In this document: piece by piece, positions 38,523 through 47,999 of the stretch
Position numbering within the stretch: position 1 is the first letter of the stretch
Layout: every line of letters starts with the position of its first letter
Source of the DNA: an uncultured Dehalococcoidia bacterium
GTDB lineage: Bacteria; Chloroflexota; Dehalococcoidia; Lucifugimonadales; CAUZEB01
Assembly: GCA_964431885.1 (NCBI GenBank)
Contig: CAYSLK010000012.1
Span: forward strand, 1 to 53,439
Reading direction: 5' to 3'
Length of the DNA: 53,439 nucleotides
Position numbers and translations under genes: made by a program
The notes under the pieces: generated by a model
Database searches by the model: none
Seen by the model: the letters and a program-made list of their open reading frames with translations, nothing else
Told to the model about the DNA's origin: nothing

Positions 38523-41345
38523 ATGTCTAACAATGATAAAAAACTATCTATATTACCCGGAGAATGGATTTCTCTCGATCTTGAAACAACAGGCCTCTCT
38601 CCAAACAACGATAAAATTATAGAAGTAGGAGCTGTGAAATTCAAAGGATCTGAAATAATCGATACCTTCAGCTCTTTTGTTAACCCACACAGTAATTTAA
38701 GTCCTTTCATCAAGAAATTTACGGGTATTACTCAACATAATGTCGATAACGCACCTGAACTGAATACAGTAATCAGAGCCTTAATATCATTCATAGGCTC
38801 GTTACCAGTTATTGGACACAACATTAACTTCGATCTACGCTTCCTAGATGCGAACGGGTGCCATTTAACTAATTCTACATGCGACACCTGGGATATGGCG
38901 TATGTTTTCTTTCCGTCTCTTTCTAAGTATTCTCTACAGGCACTGACCAAAACCATGGCCATAGACCATTTGAATCCACATAGGGCCTTAGAAGACGCGA
39001 AAGCAACGAAAGATCTATTTATAAGACTTGTGGACCGTGTGTTAGCAATGGACCTTTACCTGCTCTCAGGAATCCGAGAACTTACCTATCGTTCATCTTG
39101 GAGCCTACATTACCTAATGAATCGCCTGGAAACCCTAAAAACCTCCCAAAATAAAGGTGCCTCACTGCTAGAGACACCTTATACGGCTTTCGTTGGAGGA
39201 AGATTTAAGTCGGCGAAACCCCTTAAGCCTAATAATCATAACACTCCACTAGATATAGACCTGGTAACCTCTCTGTTTGATAAAGAAAGTCCACTAGCCG
39301 AATATCTGGACGTATATGAAGAAAGGTCAGAACAACTGGAAATGGCACGTGCCGTCGCTGAATCTATTAACAGTGGCGGAAGACTAATTATTGAGGCAGG
39401 AACAGGAGTGGGGAAATCTTTAGCCTATCTCGTTCCAGCAACTCTCTACGCTCTTTTAAATAACAAACGCGTAGTTATTTCTACCAACACAATAAATTTA
39501 CAGGAACAATTGTTGAATAAAGATGCCCTAATAGTTAAGAAACTCTTGGAAACAATAAATGATATACCTGATGATTCAATAAGATTTGCCCAATTAAAGG
39601 GTCGCGCTAACTACATTTGCTTAAAACGATGGTCACACCTACTTAACGAGCCATTAATTAGTGAGGATGATGCCCGTTTCCTGGCAAAAACAATGGTTTG
39701 GTTAACAACAACGAAGACTGGTGATAAGGGAGAAATCAATTTCGGTAATCGTTCTAATTCATTAAATTGGGATCGAATATCTGCTCTAGGTACATACAAC
39801 TGTCTGAGTAAAGGAGGTGATTGTTTTTTAAGAACATCAAGAGAAACAGCTACTAGTTCACATGTGACATTTGTAAATCATTCTTTACTGTTATCTGACT
39901 TGACGTCAGAAGGATCAGTAATACCGGAACACGATATTCTGATTATTGATGAGGCTCACCATCTCGAAGAAATAGCTACCAAACAATTTGGGTTTACATT
40001 GAGCGAAAAATCTCTAACTGATCACATACAAGAATTAAAAGATTACGTGAATATTGCCCAAGACTTCAGAACGAAATCGGCTAATTCAAAAATTAGCGAC
40101 ACTCAAATCAAATTAATGAAGAAATACACGGATATTATCGTAGAAGCCTTATCTAACCTAGACAATCATAGTGTTGATTTTTTCAAAATGCTGACAAAGA
40201 TGCTGATAACTTCTCGTGCAAAACCAGGAGCCAAAATTCAAGACTGCCGAGTTACAGAGAGTGTTAGAGCTAGGTCTGATTGGCTTGACCTGAAGATACA
40301 CTGGGAGAATCTCGATGTAATTCTCTCGGAACAAGGAAGTGCACTTCTTAAATTAAAATCGCTTTTTGAAATTCTTGATGAATCTGTTTTTAAAGAAGAT
40401 GATAATGTTATTGCTGAGTTAGATTCATGCCATCATGCTAATTTGCAATTAAGGGATCGTCTGAATGAATTTGTTTATAGTCCATCTACCAGTAACATAT
40501 ACTGGATTAACTACAGAAGTACCAACGATGATATAAATATTAATTCTGCTCCATTGCACGTTGGATCAGAACTTGAGAAGCTACTATTCTCTAGAAAAGA
40601 TACTGTCATATTAACTGGAGCTACACTAAGCACTAACGAAAACTTCAATCACATAGTAGAAACAACTGGTTTTAGGAACGCAAAAGAGATTCTTTTAGGT
40701 TCTCCATTTAACTATCCCGAAGCTGCTTTAATATGTATTCCATCGAATATGCCAGTACCGAATTCAGCAGCCTATCAATCGACTCTGGAGAGCATTATAA
40801 AAGAGGCTGTGTTATCTGCAAATGGGCATACAATGGCGCTTTTTACGTCACATGCAGCACTTAGGTCAACCGCCAATTCTATTCGACGTGATCTAGAGCT
40901 TCAAGGCATTAATCTTTTGACCCAAGGTATAGACGGAACGCCACGCCAGTTGACTACAAATTTTATGAAATCCCCTCGCGCTCTACTAATGGGCACGGCT
41001 AGTTTCTGGGAGGGAGTTGATCTTCCAGACAATTCTCTTAAAGTTCTCATTGTGGCACGTTTGCCTTTCAACGTGCCCACAGACCCTGTATTCTCCGCCA
41101 GATCGGAATTATATGATAACCCATTTAGTTGCTATGCCATACCTCAAGCAATATTACGACTTAGACAAGGATTTGGACGTCTTATTCGTACAGGTAATGA
41201 TAAAGGTGTGGCAATTCTGCTAGATGGCCGTCTTACCTCTATGAAATATGGTAAATCCTTTGTCGATTCTCTCCCACAAGGGACATTTAATTTTTGCGAT
41301 TTTAAACAGTTGCCGGAACAGGTATTTCAGTGGATTAATAAATAG
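38523..41345 (+). CDS. dinG: DinG-family ATP-dependent helicase with an N-terminal DnaQ-like 3'-5' exonuclease domain, 940 aa
   Basis: Exonuclease motifs SLDLETTGL and H...ALEDA; helicase motif I EAGTGVGKS; DEAH box IIDEAHHLEE; C-terminal helicase motifs (TSHAAL, ASFWEGVD, QGFGRLIR). Confidence 0.85.
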   Translation: MSNNDKKLSILPGEWISLDLETTGLSPNNDKIIEVGAVKFKGSEIIDTFSSFVNPHSNLSPFIKKFTGITQHNVDNAPELNTVIRALISFIGSLPVIGHNINFDLRFLDANGCHLTNSTCDTWDMAYVFFPSLSKYSLQALTKTMAIDHLNPHRALEDAKATKDLFIRLVDRVLAMDLYLLSGIRELTYRSSWSLHYLMNRLETLKTSQNKGASLLETPYTAFVGGRFKSAKPLKPNNHNTPLDIDLVTSLFDKESPLAEYLDVYEERSEQLEMARAVAESINSGGRLIIEAGTGVGKSLAYLVPATLYALLNNKRVVISTNTINLQEQLLNKDALIVKKLLETINDIPDDSIRFAQLKGRANYICLKRWSHLLNEPLISEDDARFLAKTMVWLTTTKTGDKGEINFGNRSNSLNWDRISALGTYNCLSKGGDCFLRTSRETATSSHVTFVNHSLLLSDLTSEGSVIPEHDILIIDEAHHLEEIATKQFGFTLSEKSLTDHIQELKDYVNIAQDFRTKSANSKISDTQIKLMKKYTDIIVEALSNLDNHSVDFFKMLTKMLITSRAKPGAKIQDCRVTESVRARSDWLDLKIHWENLDVILSEQGSALLKLKSLFEILDESVFKEDDNVIAELDSCHHANLQLRDRLNEFVYSPSTSNIYWINYRSTNDDININSAPLHVGSELEKLLFSRKDTVILTGATLSTNENFNHIVETTGFRNAKEILLGSPFNYPEAALICIPSNMPVPNSAAYQSTLESIIKEAVLSANGHTMALFTSHAALRSTANSIRRDLELQGINLLTQGIDGTPRQLTTNFMKSPRALLMGTASFWEGVDLPDNSLKVLIVARLPFNVPTDPVFSARSELYDNPFSCYAIPQAILRLRQGFGRLIRTGNDKGVAILLDGRLTSMKYGKSFVDSLPQGTFNFCDFKQLPEQVFQWINK

Positions 41346-41434
41346 TATTTGATCGACAAAGACTACCTGTTGTATACTGCAAAGAATTTTAAATGCACGA
41401 CGATAAAAGAGCATATTTTATCGAGTTCTCCTAA

Positions 41435-42286
41435 ATGAATGTTTGTTACGATGATCCTCTAGACTTAGATAACACCCTTGGAAGCGGCCAGGCCTTCCGA
41501 TGGCGTCGAGAGAAAGACTGGTATCACGGAGTAATATTCGATAACATAATTAAATTGCGGTCTGTACCTAATGGAATAGAATTCTATTCCGCCCCAAGTG
41601 ACGAATCCACAATAGCGCCTATCATAGATCACTATTTCCGTATTGATGATAATCTTAACGAAATCCAACACTCTATCACTACGGACGAGCATATAGCCAA
41701 AGCAATACGGCTTTATCCACGAATGCGACTGCTTAGGCAAGATCCTTGGGAGACTCTCATATCCTTCATTTCATCAGCAAATTCCAACATCCCTCGTATT
41801 ACAACGAATATTGAAGATATTTCTAAAACTCTAGGAAATAAATTAGTCCTGGGCGATCATATTAGAAGCACTTTCCCGAGCGCCGAAGTTTTGGCTAAAG
41901 CTGGGGAAAGTATTCTCCGAGAGCTTGGTCTGGGATTTAGGGCCAAGTATATACACGCTGTTGCAAAAATTATAGCAACAGGGGACTTGGATCTGTTTGC
42001 ACTAAGGGAGATGGATTACAATCAGGCCCTGGAAGCACTGTTGGATCTACCAGGAGTAGGTGATAAAGTGGCTAATTGTGTGTTGCTCTTCTCGCTAGAC
42101 AAAATGGAGGCTTTTCCAATAGATGTGTGGATCGAACGTGCCATTAGGGAATGGTACTTCAAGGAAGTCGCCTCCCTTCCAACAAAAACAGCATTGCGCC
42201 CATGGGCGCAGAAACGTTTCGGTAAATATGCAGGCTACGCTAACCATTATTTATTTCACAATAGACGTCTTCAGGACAAAAGCTAG
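41435..42286 (+). CDS. ogg: 8-oxoguanine DNA glycosylase/AP lyase (HhH-GPD family), 283 aa
   Basis: The HhH-GPD element LLDLPGVGDKVANCVLLF carries the catalytic Lys and is followed by AFPIDVW with the conserved Asp. Confidence 0.8.
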   Translation: MNVCYDDPLDLDNTLGSGQAFRWRREKDWYHGVIFDNIIKLRSVPNGIEFYSAPSDESTIAPIIDHYFRIDDNLNEIQHSITTDEHIAKAIRLYPRMRLLRQDPWETLISFISSANSNIPRITTNIEDISKTLGNKLVLGDHIRSTFPSAEVLAKAGESILRELGLGFRAKYIHAVAKIIATGDLDLFALREMDYNQALEALLDLPGVGDKVANCVLLFSLDKMEAFPIDVWIERAIREWYFKEVASLPTKTALRPWAQKRFGKYAGYANHYLFHNRRLQDKS

Positions 42287-42360
42287 TTATACTTTACTGA
42301 TTAAACACCATCTGACCAATGTTGAAGGCGCACTTTTCCTGTGATATTCTACCCTAGAGT

Positions 42361-42437
42361 CGGGGAGTGGCGCAGTTTGGAAGCGCACCTGCATGGGGTG
42401 CAGGGGGTCGCTGGTTCAAATCCAGTCTCCCCGACCA
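42361..42437 (+). tRNA. tRNA-Pro, anticodon GGG, with encoded CCA
   Basis: I folded it by hand. Acceptor stem CGGGGAG/CTCCCCG, D stem GCGC/GCGC, anticodon stem CCTGC/GCAGG with loop AT-GGG-GT (G37), T arm GCTGG-TTCAAAT-CCAGT, discriminator A, then CCA. Total 77 nt. Confidence 0.93.
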
Positions 42438-42654
42438 TATATATTCTTGCTTTACCTTTTGTTTCCTATTTATTTTAATTACCAATATTTGATGCTGAGC
42501 ATAAATTAATACAAATTCCAGAGGACATTGGTCTTAGAAGATTTGATGACCTTGCTAATAGAGAATAGCAGTGATTCCGCAATGGAAAACTCAGAATATA
42601 TAAGATTAAGAGGATCACCATTAGTTAACATATTAGACCTTTAGAGGATATTTA

Positions 42655-43956
42655 TTGAATCAATATTCCCACAGCCATAGACACTACGGCGAGGCAATGC
42701 TAACCGTCGAAGATGCGTTAGCACGCATCCTGAGTTTCTTTCATGTCCTAGAGACGGAATACAAACCTATTCTTGATTCGCTGGGTCAAGTTCTTGCCGA
42801 CGATGTGATGTCCTTACAAGACATCCCTTCAATGGCCAACTCTGCGATGGACGGGTATGCTATACAGGCTGAAAATGTCAAAGGAGCATCACACGATTCC
42901 CCCATATCATTGGACATAATCGGTCATGTCGCTGCCGGGGAATTACCTAAAGTTACGGTCAGCCCCGGTACTGCTGTACGTATAATGACTGGCGCCCCGT
43001 TGCCTGTAGGTGCCGACTCTGTCGTTCCATTTGAAGACACAGATGAGCTAACTAGAAGAGAGACTCAGCAGGATATGTCAAAAATATCCGTTAATTTGGA
43101 GGTCGAAAAAGGCTCTGATGTGCGTCCTGCGGGGCAAGATATAGAAAACGGTCAATTAGTGCTCACGAGAGGCACAATCCTACGACCGTACGAAATAGGA
43201 GTTCTCGCATCTCTCGGACACGCGCAAGTCAAAGTTATCCGACGCCCTATCGTCGGCATACTTTCAACGGGAAATGAACTTATGGAGCCAGGCGACACAT
43301 ACGATCCTTCGAAGATATACAACAGCAACGGATTTAGTGTGGCCGCCGCGGTAATACGTTATGGAGGGCTGCCTAAGCAGATTGGCATTGCAAGAGACAA
43401 TTTAGATTCTATTGAAACTATGCTGCGCAAGGGTTTAGAGTCTGATATACTCATCACTTCTGCTGGAGTATCTAAAGGTGACTATGACATGGTAAAGGAT
43501 GTACTATCTTCACACGGCGATATCGACTTCTGGTCTGTAAAGATGCGGCCCGCCAAGCCGCTGGCTTTTGGTGTTCTCAGAAGTGATACGAAGAAACGCG
43601 TACCTCTCCTTGGCCTACCAGGCAATCCTGTTAGTGCTATCGTGGCGTTTGAACAATTTGCCAGGCCATCACTGTTTAAGATGATGGGTAAGACTAGATA
43701 TGCTAAGCCTAGCGTGAAAGCAATATTAGAAGAACCAATCTACAACACGGATAATCGTAGAGTATACGCAAGGGTCATTGTGGAAAAGAAAAATGAAGTC
43801 TATCACGCCCGATTAACAGGCCATCAAGGCTCAAACCTGCTCACGTCTATGGCCAATGCTAATGGTTTAGCCATATGTCCTGAAGATCAAGCCATAAAAA
43901 AAGCAGGAGAGTTTGTAGAAGTTCAGATGTTAGACTGGCCGGAGGAAGTATTTTAA
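42655..43956 (+). CDS. moeA: Molybdopterin molybdenumtransferase MoeA
   Basis: SAMDGYA, TGAPLPVGADSVVPFE, SAGVSKGDYD and GLPGNPVSA motifs. The start is uncertain: TTG at 42655 or the in-frame ATG at 42697. Confidence 0.88.
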   Translation: MNQYSHSHRHYGEAMLTVEDALARILSFFHVLETEYKPILDSLGQVLADDVMSLQDIPSMANSAMDGYAIQAENVKGASHDSPISLDIIGHVAAGELPKVTVSPGTAVRIMTGAPLPVGADSVVPFEDTDELTRRETQQDMSKISVNLEVEKGSDVRPAGQDIENGQLVLTRGTILRPYEIGVLASLGHAQVKVIRRPIVGILSTGNELMEPGDTYDPSKIYNSNGFSVAAAVIRYGGLPKQIGIARDNLDSIETMLRKGLESDILITSAGVSKGDYDMVKDVLSSHGDIDFWSVKMRPAKPLAFGVLRSDTKKRVPLLGLPGNPVSAIVAFEQFARPSLFKMMGKTRYAKPSVKAILEEPIYNTDNRRVYARVIVEKKNEVYHARLTGHQGSNLLTSMANANGLAICPEDQAIKKAGEFVEVQMLDWPEEVF

Positions 43957-44378
43957 TGGAAAATCAAGAACGTCCCAACGAGGAAAATTGTGTACAGCAA
44001 CGATTCGTTATTGATATCGATAATGCTGAAGATCTAAACAGATCTGCTGCCTTAATGATATTAAATCGCATGAGTTACGTTAGCCAACAAATATTTGATG
44101 AAGCTACTCCATCATCTGAAAAGGCGAAAGAGTACGTAGATCGTATTGTAGACTACGACAGTCAGCAATCAGATTATCTTCTACCAGACACTCCTTTGAA
44201 AGAAGCCACTTTTAGGGTTCTACTTGCTTCAGGCAACAAACCAATGAGTGCCGAAGAGATTAGTGAAGTTCTATCGGAAAAGTGGTCTATGACAGCATAT
44301 CCAAGAGATTTATCGCCCAAAGTGATTCAAAGACTCTTAGAACACAGTGACTCGTACTGTATCATCAAAACATCATGA
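43956..44378 (+). CDS. Hypothetical acidic protein, 140 aa
   Basis: Its ATG overlaps the moeA stop (TAATG), which suggests coupling. I recognise no family motif. Confidence 0.5.
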   Translation: MENQERPNEENCVQQRFVIDIDNAEDLNRSAALMILNRMSYVSQQIFDEATPSSEKAKEYVDRIVDYDSQQSDYLLPDTPLKEATFRVLLASGNKPMSAEEISEVLSEKWSMTAYPRDLSPKVIQRLLEHSDSYCIIKTS

Positions 44379-44463
44379 ACAATATAGATTATATATTGTT
44401 TGTCTGATCTATTTGATTTATGCACATAGATGAACAGAATTAGACTGAAAGCGGCGGGCGCAT

Positions 44464-44607
44464 CTATGCATCCTCTTTAGGTTTTCTTCTCTTTCCCACG
44501 ACCTCTACAGCCTCCGAAACAACCATAGGAGAGTGTATTTCCACCTTCTTACTCGTCTTTTTCTTAAGCTTTTTGGCCTCGCGCTTGGGAACATGTCCTC
44601 TAGCCAT
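44464..44607 (-). CDS. Hypothetical small lysine-rich basic protein, 47 aa (below the ORF-track length cutoff)
   Basis: My translation is MARGHVPKREAKKLKKKTSKKVEIHSPMVVSEAVEVVGKRRKPKEDA. The ATG at 44607 is preceded by GGAGG plus 8 nt. A TTTACA-17-TAGACT promoter-like pair lies upstream. TAG stop. Confidence 0.45.
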   Translation of the reverse strand: MARGHVPKREAKKLKKKTSKKVEIHSPMVVSEAVEVVGKRRKPKEDA

Positions 44608-45027
44608 CTAAAAATCCTCCCTCAAAAACTACGAAGTTTACCATGTGTTGCAAAGTCTAGGATAAAGCCCTCAATGTGTAAAGAGAAATCACTTTTATAT
44701 TTTACTTAGAAATAAGTGCCCGTCTACGTTAAAACGGTATGTTACACTGACCTACCTGTATTGTATAAGGGGAAACCATCTCGCATATCTGGAAACCGTA
44801 TCGGAAACCTTATAGCGCTTTCTACAGGATCATATGTTCTCAATTTCGCTTCACATCACCATTTAGAACACACTCATGCTAAAATGAGCTAACACTCTGG
44901 ATAAACGTCTGACGAAATGCTCATACCTCTGATTGTGATCTAAGTTAATTAACAACATCGATCTGATTATCTAGGTCACTCATTGTTCGCTAAAGGTCTG
45001 TCAAACAGACTCTTTAAAACAGGCGTA

Positions 45028-45057
45028 TTGTCAATATGAGAAGTGATTGATTATAAT
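45028..45057 (+). promoter_or_regulatory. Sigma-70-like promoter for ilvE
   Basis: TTGTCA (45028-45033), an 18-nt spacer, then consensus TATAAT (45052-45057). The RBS AAAGGAG lies upstream of the ATG at 45090. Confidence 0.5.
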
Positions 45058-45089
45058 TAGCTACACTTTCAAAAAAAGGAGCCTACTTC

Positions 45090-46022
45090 ATGGGTGAATC
45101 GCTCGCATTTTTTCGTGGACGAATTGTTCCGCTATCGGAAGCCAAAGTAAGTGTTACAACTCATGCCTTGCATTATGGTACAGCTGTGTTCGAAGGCATT
45201 AGGGGAAACTGGAATGAGAAACACAAATCCATGTATGTTTTCCGAATGCGAGAACACTATGAACGATTCCTGCAAGGCTGTAATATAATGATGCTCGATA
45301 TTCCCTACAATGTCGAAGATCTGTGTAAAATTACCAAGGACTTAATTCAAAGCTGTGGCTACAAGGAAGATGTTTACATCCGACCTCTAGCATACAAGAG
45401 TGAGGAACGGGTAGCTAATCTAAAATTACAGGAATTAGAAAGTGATTTCACATTAGTTATTGTGCCCTTCGGCGCATATATAGAAACGGATGGCGCCATT
45501 AATTGTTGCACTTCATCTTGGAGAAGAATGGATGATACCATAATTCCTCCACGAGTCAAGATTTCTGGTCATTATGTTAATAGCATCTTGGCTAAAACTG
45601 AAGCCGTACTATCTGGATTTGACGAGGCTATAATGTTGAATCAAGACGGCTCCGTATCTGAAGGTTCTGGAGAAAATCTTTTCTTTATCTCTAACGGAAT
45701 CATGAACACACCTCTAGTCGCCGATAACAACTTAACTGGTATTACCAGAGACTGTGCTATCAAGCTAGCGCAAAATGAGCTTAACATTCCAGTTGTAGAA
45801 CGTACTATCAGACGTAGCGAACTCTATTTAGCTGATGAAGTCTTCCTAACCGGAACCGCTGCGCATATCACCCCTGTTGGCCAATTAGATAGTAGGCCAA
45901 TTGGAAATGGCGGAGTTGGACCCATCACCAAGCAGATAAAAGATTTGTACGTTAAAATTATTCGTGGCAATGACGTTAAGTATCTTGATTGGTGTACTCA
46001 AGTAGCTTTAGAAGAAATATAG
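45090..46022 (+). CDS. ilvE: Branched-chain amino acid aminotransferase (class IV), 310 aa
   Basis: LHYGTAVFEGIRG, EGSGENLFF and LTGITR motifs, with typical IlvE length. Confidence 0.9.
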   Translation: MGESLAFFRGRIVPLSEAKVSVTTHALHYGTAVFEGIRGNWNEKHKSMYVFRMREHYERFLQGCNIMMLDIPYNVEDLCKITKDLIQSCGYKEDVYIRPLAYKSEERVANLKLQELESDFTLVIVPFGAYIETDGAINCCTSSWRRMDDTIIPPRVKISGHYVNSILAKTEAVLSGFDEAIMLNQDGSVSEGSGENLFFISNGIMNTPLVADNNLTGITRDCAIKLAQNELNIPVVERTIRRSELYLADEVFLTGTAAHITPVGQLDSRPIGNGGVGPITKQIKDLYVKIIRGNDVKYLDWCTQVALEEI

Positions 46023-46050
46023 AATTAAAGTTAGTCCTACATCTAAAACA

Positions 46051-46491
46051 ATGTTTACATTCACTATAGACTATCTCATCCTAATTATTCTTGCATCAAT
46101 AGGCGTCATCCAATTAGGAGCTCTATATGGTGGCCTTAAAGGTCTTCTTTTCTCCAAATCCATAGTCTTTACTCATTTTGTCGGTTTCAGCTTACCAGTC
46201 ACCGCCTTCACGTGGTTCTTTATGACAGACTCTAGAAACATTAATGATTATGCTGGAGGACTAGACTCCAATATCCAGGCTCTGTTGTTCTTTTTGGGAG
46301 CTTTAACAGGTTGGATCCTTACGACAATCCTTTCATTCATTATCAATATTCACATGAAAAGGAAAGATCTCTCTCCATTTGAGGGGCTAGATTCGCTTAA
46401 AAAGACTAATTATTTCAATGACCTAATCTTCAACCTAAAATATTGGCGGTCCAATTGGCGTCTACAGATGAAGCGTTATTTGTTGCGATAA
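46051..46491 (+). CDS. Hypothetical integral membrane protein, 146 aa
   Basis: There are three to four hydrophobic segments and no recognisable family motif. Confidence 0.5.
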   Translation: MFTFTIDYLILIILASIGVIQLGALYGGLKGLLFSKSIVFTHFVGFSLPVTAFTWFFMTDSRNINDYAGGLDSNIQALLFFLGALTGWILTTILSFIINIHMKRKDLSPFEGLDSLKKTNYFNDLIFNLKYWRSNWRLQMKRYLLR

Positions 46492-47036
46492 ACGGATTAG
46501 TAGGTCAATCTCACCTGGTAGATGAGATAGTCACTTTGATAGTCAGTGATTATCTCGTACCTGCAGGACTGGGTCTATTACTGCTTGCCATGTGGTTTAT
46601 CGGAAAAAGCCAGAACATAAGAGAAGAATATCAAATAGGAGTCTTCGTGTGTTTAACATCCATGGCATTGTCGAATCTTGCCGTTCTGGTGATCAACATC
46701 TTCTATTCCAGAGCAAGGCCATTTATCGACCACGATGTTAATTTATTGTTTTATGAACCAACAGATCCATCGTTTCCTTCGAACTCAATAGCAGCGACAT
46801 GTGGCATTGCCATGGGTATTTGGGGAGTAAACAGACGACTTAGTATTATGCCTCTGATACTAGTAGGGTTCTATGGACTGGCACGGATATATGCAGGTAT
46901 ACACTATCCCCTTGACATAATAGGAGGAGCTGCAATCGCAGCACTGGTAACGTTCTTTGTTTTCAAATTAAGCAAATTAGTTAGACCCCTATTGACCGGC
47001 GTTCTCAGGATTGGTCGGATACTGTGTCTTGCCTAA
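46443..47036 (+). CDS. PAP2-family phosphatase (undecaprenyl-diphosphatase/lipid phosphatase-like)
   Basis: PAP2 motifs are present: YSRARPF (KX6RP-like), PSFPSNS, and ARIYAGIHYPLDI (SRX5HX3D). The start is TTG at 46443 or 46455 and overlaps the upstream gene. Confidence 0.7.
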   Translation: MAVQLASTDEALFVAINGLVGQSHLVDEIVTLIVSDYLVPAGLGLLLLAMWFIGKSQNIREEYQIGVFVCLTSMALSNLAVLVINIFYSRARPFIDHDVNLLFYEPTDPSFPSNSIAATCGIAMGIWGVNRRLSIMPLILVGFYGLARIYAGIHYPLDIIGGAAIAALVTFFVFKLSKLVRPLLTGVLRIGRILCLA

Positions 47037-47145
47037 TTACAAAAGCTTGATACATATTTGCCAACTATTCAAACATGAGGAATAATCTTATATCATCTCT
47101 AGAAACTGTTTTTATTACAAAAAGCAAATTAAGGAGGACATCAGA

Positions 47146-47913
47146 GTGAATTCTGTAAGTAATAATAGGGTAGCGATCATAACGGGGGCAGGAAGTGGTA
47201 TTGGTAAACATACTGCCCTAAGATTTCTAGAAGATGGGTACAACGTTGTGCTGGCAGGGCGTCGTTTAGAAACTCTCGAATGTACGAAAAGGGACTCTAA
47301 GCATAATGGATCAAGGGTGTTATTAATACCTACAGACGTAAGCGACCCTAATTCCATAAGACAACTATTCAGCAAAACAGCTGAGCAATATGGCCGATTA
47401 GATGTTTTATTCAACAACGCCGGTATCGGTTCGCCACGTGATATTTTATTCGAAGATCTCGATTTTGCGCAATGGAAGGCCGTGGTTGACACTAACCTTA
47501 CAGGTTCATTCATTTGCTCACAGGAAGCATTTAAATTAATGAAATCTCAAACGCCAATGGGAGGTCGAATAATTAACAACGGTTCGATATCTGCGCACGT
47601 GCCTCGTCCCAATTCAGCACCTTACACTTCCACCAAACACGCCATCACCGGCCTAACGAAAGCCACTTCATTAGACGGGCGTAAATACAACATTGCCTGC
47701 GGGCAAATAGACATAGGAAACGCCCATACCGCTATGACTGCACGGTCTGAATCTGGTACTGCCCAAGCCAACGGCACAATCATGATTGAACCCACTATGG
47801 ACGTCGATAACGTTGCCAAGGCCGTATTGTATATGGCAAGTCTTCCATTAGACACCAATGTTCAATTTATGACAGTTATGGCTACAACAATGCCATACAT
47901 AGGCCGGGGTTAA
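47146..47913 (+). CDS. Short-chain dehydrogenase/reductase, 255 aa
   Basis: [10 protein letters not shown] cofactor motif, NNAG, and the catalytic YTSTK (YxxxK). The GTG start is preceded by AAGGAGG. Confidence 0.85.
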   Translation: MNSVSNNRVAIITGAGSGIGKHTALRFLEDGYNVVLAGRRLETLECTKRDSKHNGSRVLLIPTDVSDPNSIRQLFSKTAEQYGRLDVLFNNAGIGSPRDILFEDLDFAQWKAVVDTNLTGSFICSQEAFKLMKSQTPMGGRIINNGSISAHVPRPNSAPYTSTKHAITGLTKATSLDGRKYNIACGQIDIGNAHTAMTARSESGTAQANGTIMIEPTMDVDNVAKAVLYMASLPLDTNVQFMTVMATTMPYIGRG

Positions 47914-47978
47914 CAGATATACTATAAGAGACGCCATCACTAAATTCAGCTAACCAGCCAGTCACACAAAGTAACGCT

Positions 47979-47998
47979 TATTCTACTGACGTAGAATA
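47979..47998. terminator. Hairpin TATTCTAC-TGAC-GTAGAATA between the convergent SDR and Spx/ArsC-like genes (weak terminator candidate)
   Basis: Read directly: an 8-bp AT-rich stem with a 4-nt loop. It is followed by only a short T-rich stretch on the plus strand. Confidence 0.25.
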
Positions 47999-47999
47999 T

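Noticed and set aside
41399-41421. A hairpin CGATAAAA-GAGCATA-TTTTATCG lies between dinG and ogg and might be a terminator or a regulatory element.
   Set aside because: The stem is almost entirely A-U, there is no trailing U-tract, and it is only 13 nt from the ogg start. This is too weak to call.
42361-42654. tRNA-Pro could be an integration hotspot flanked by a genomic island or prophage.
   Set aside because: There is no integrase, no direct repeat of the tRNA 3' end and no phage-like genes on either side. The flanking genes are ogg and moeA.
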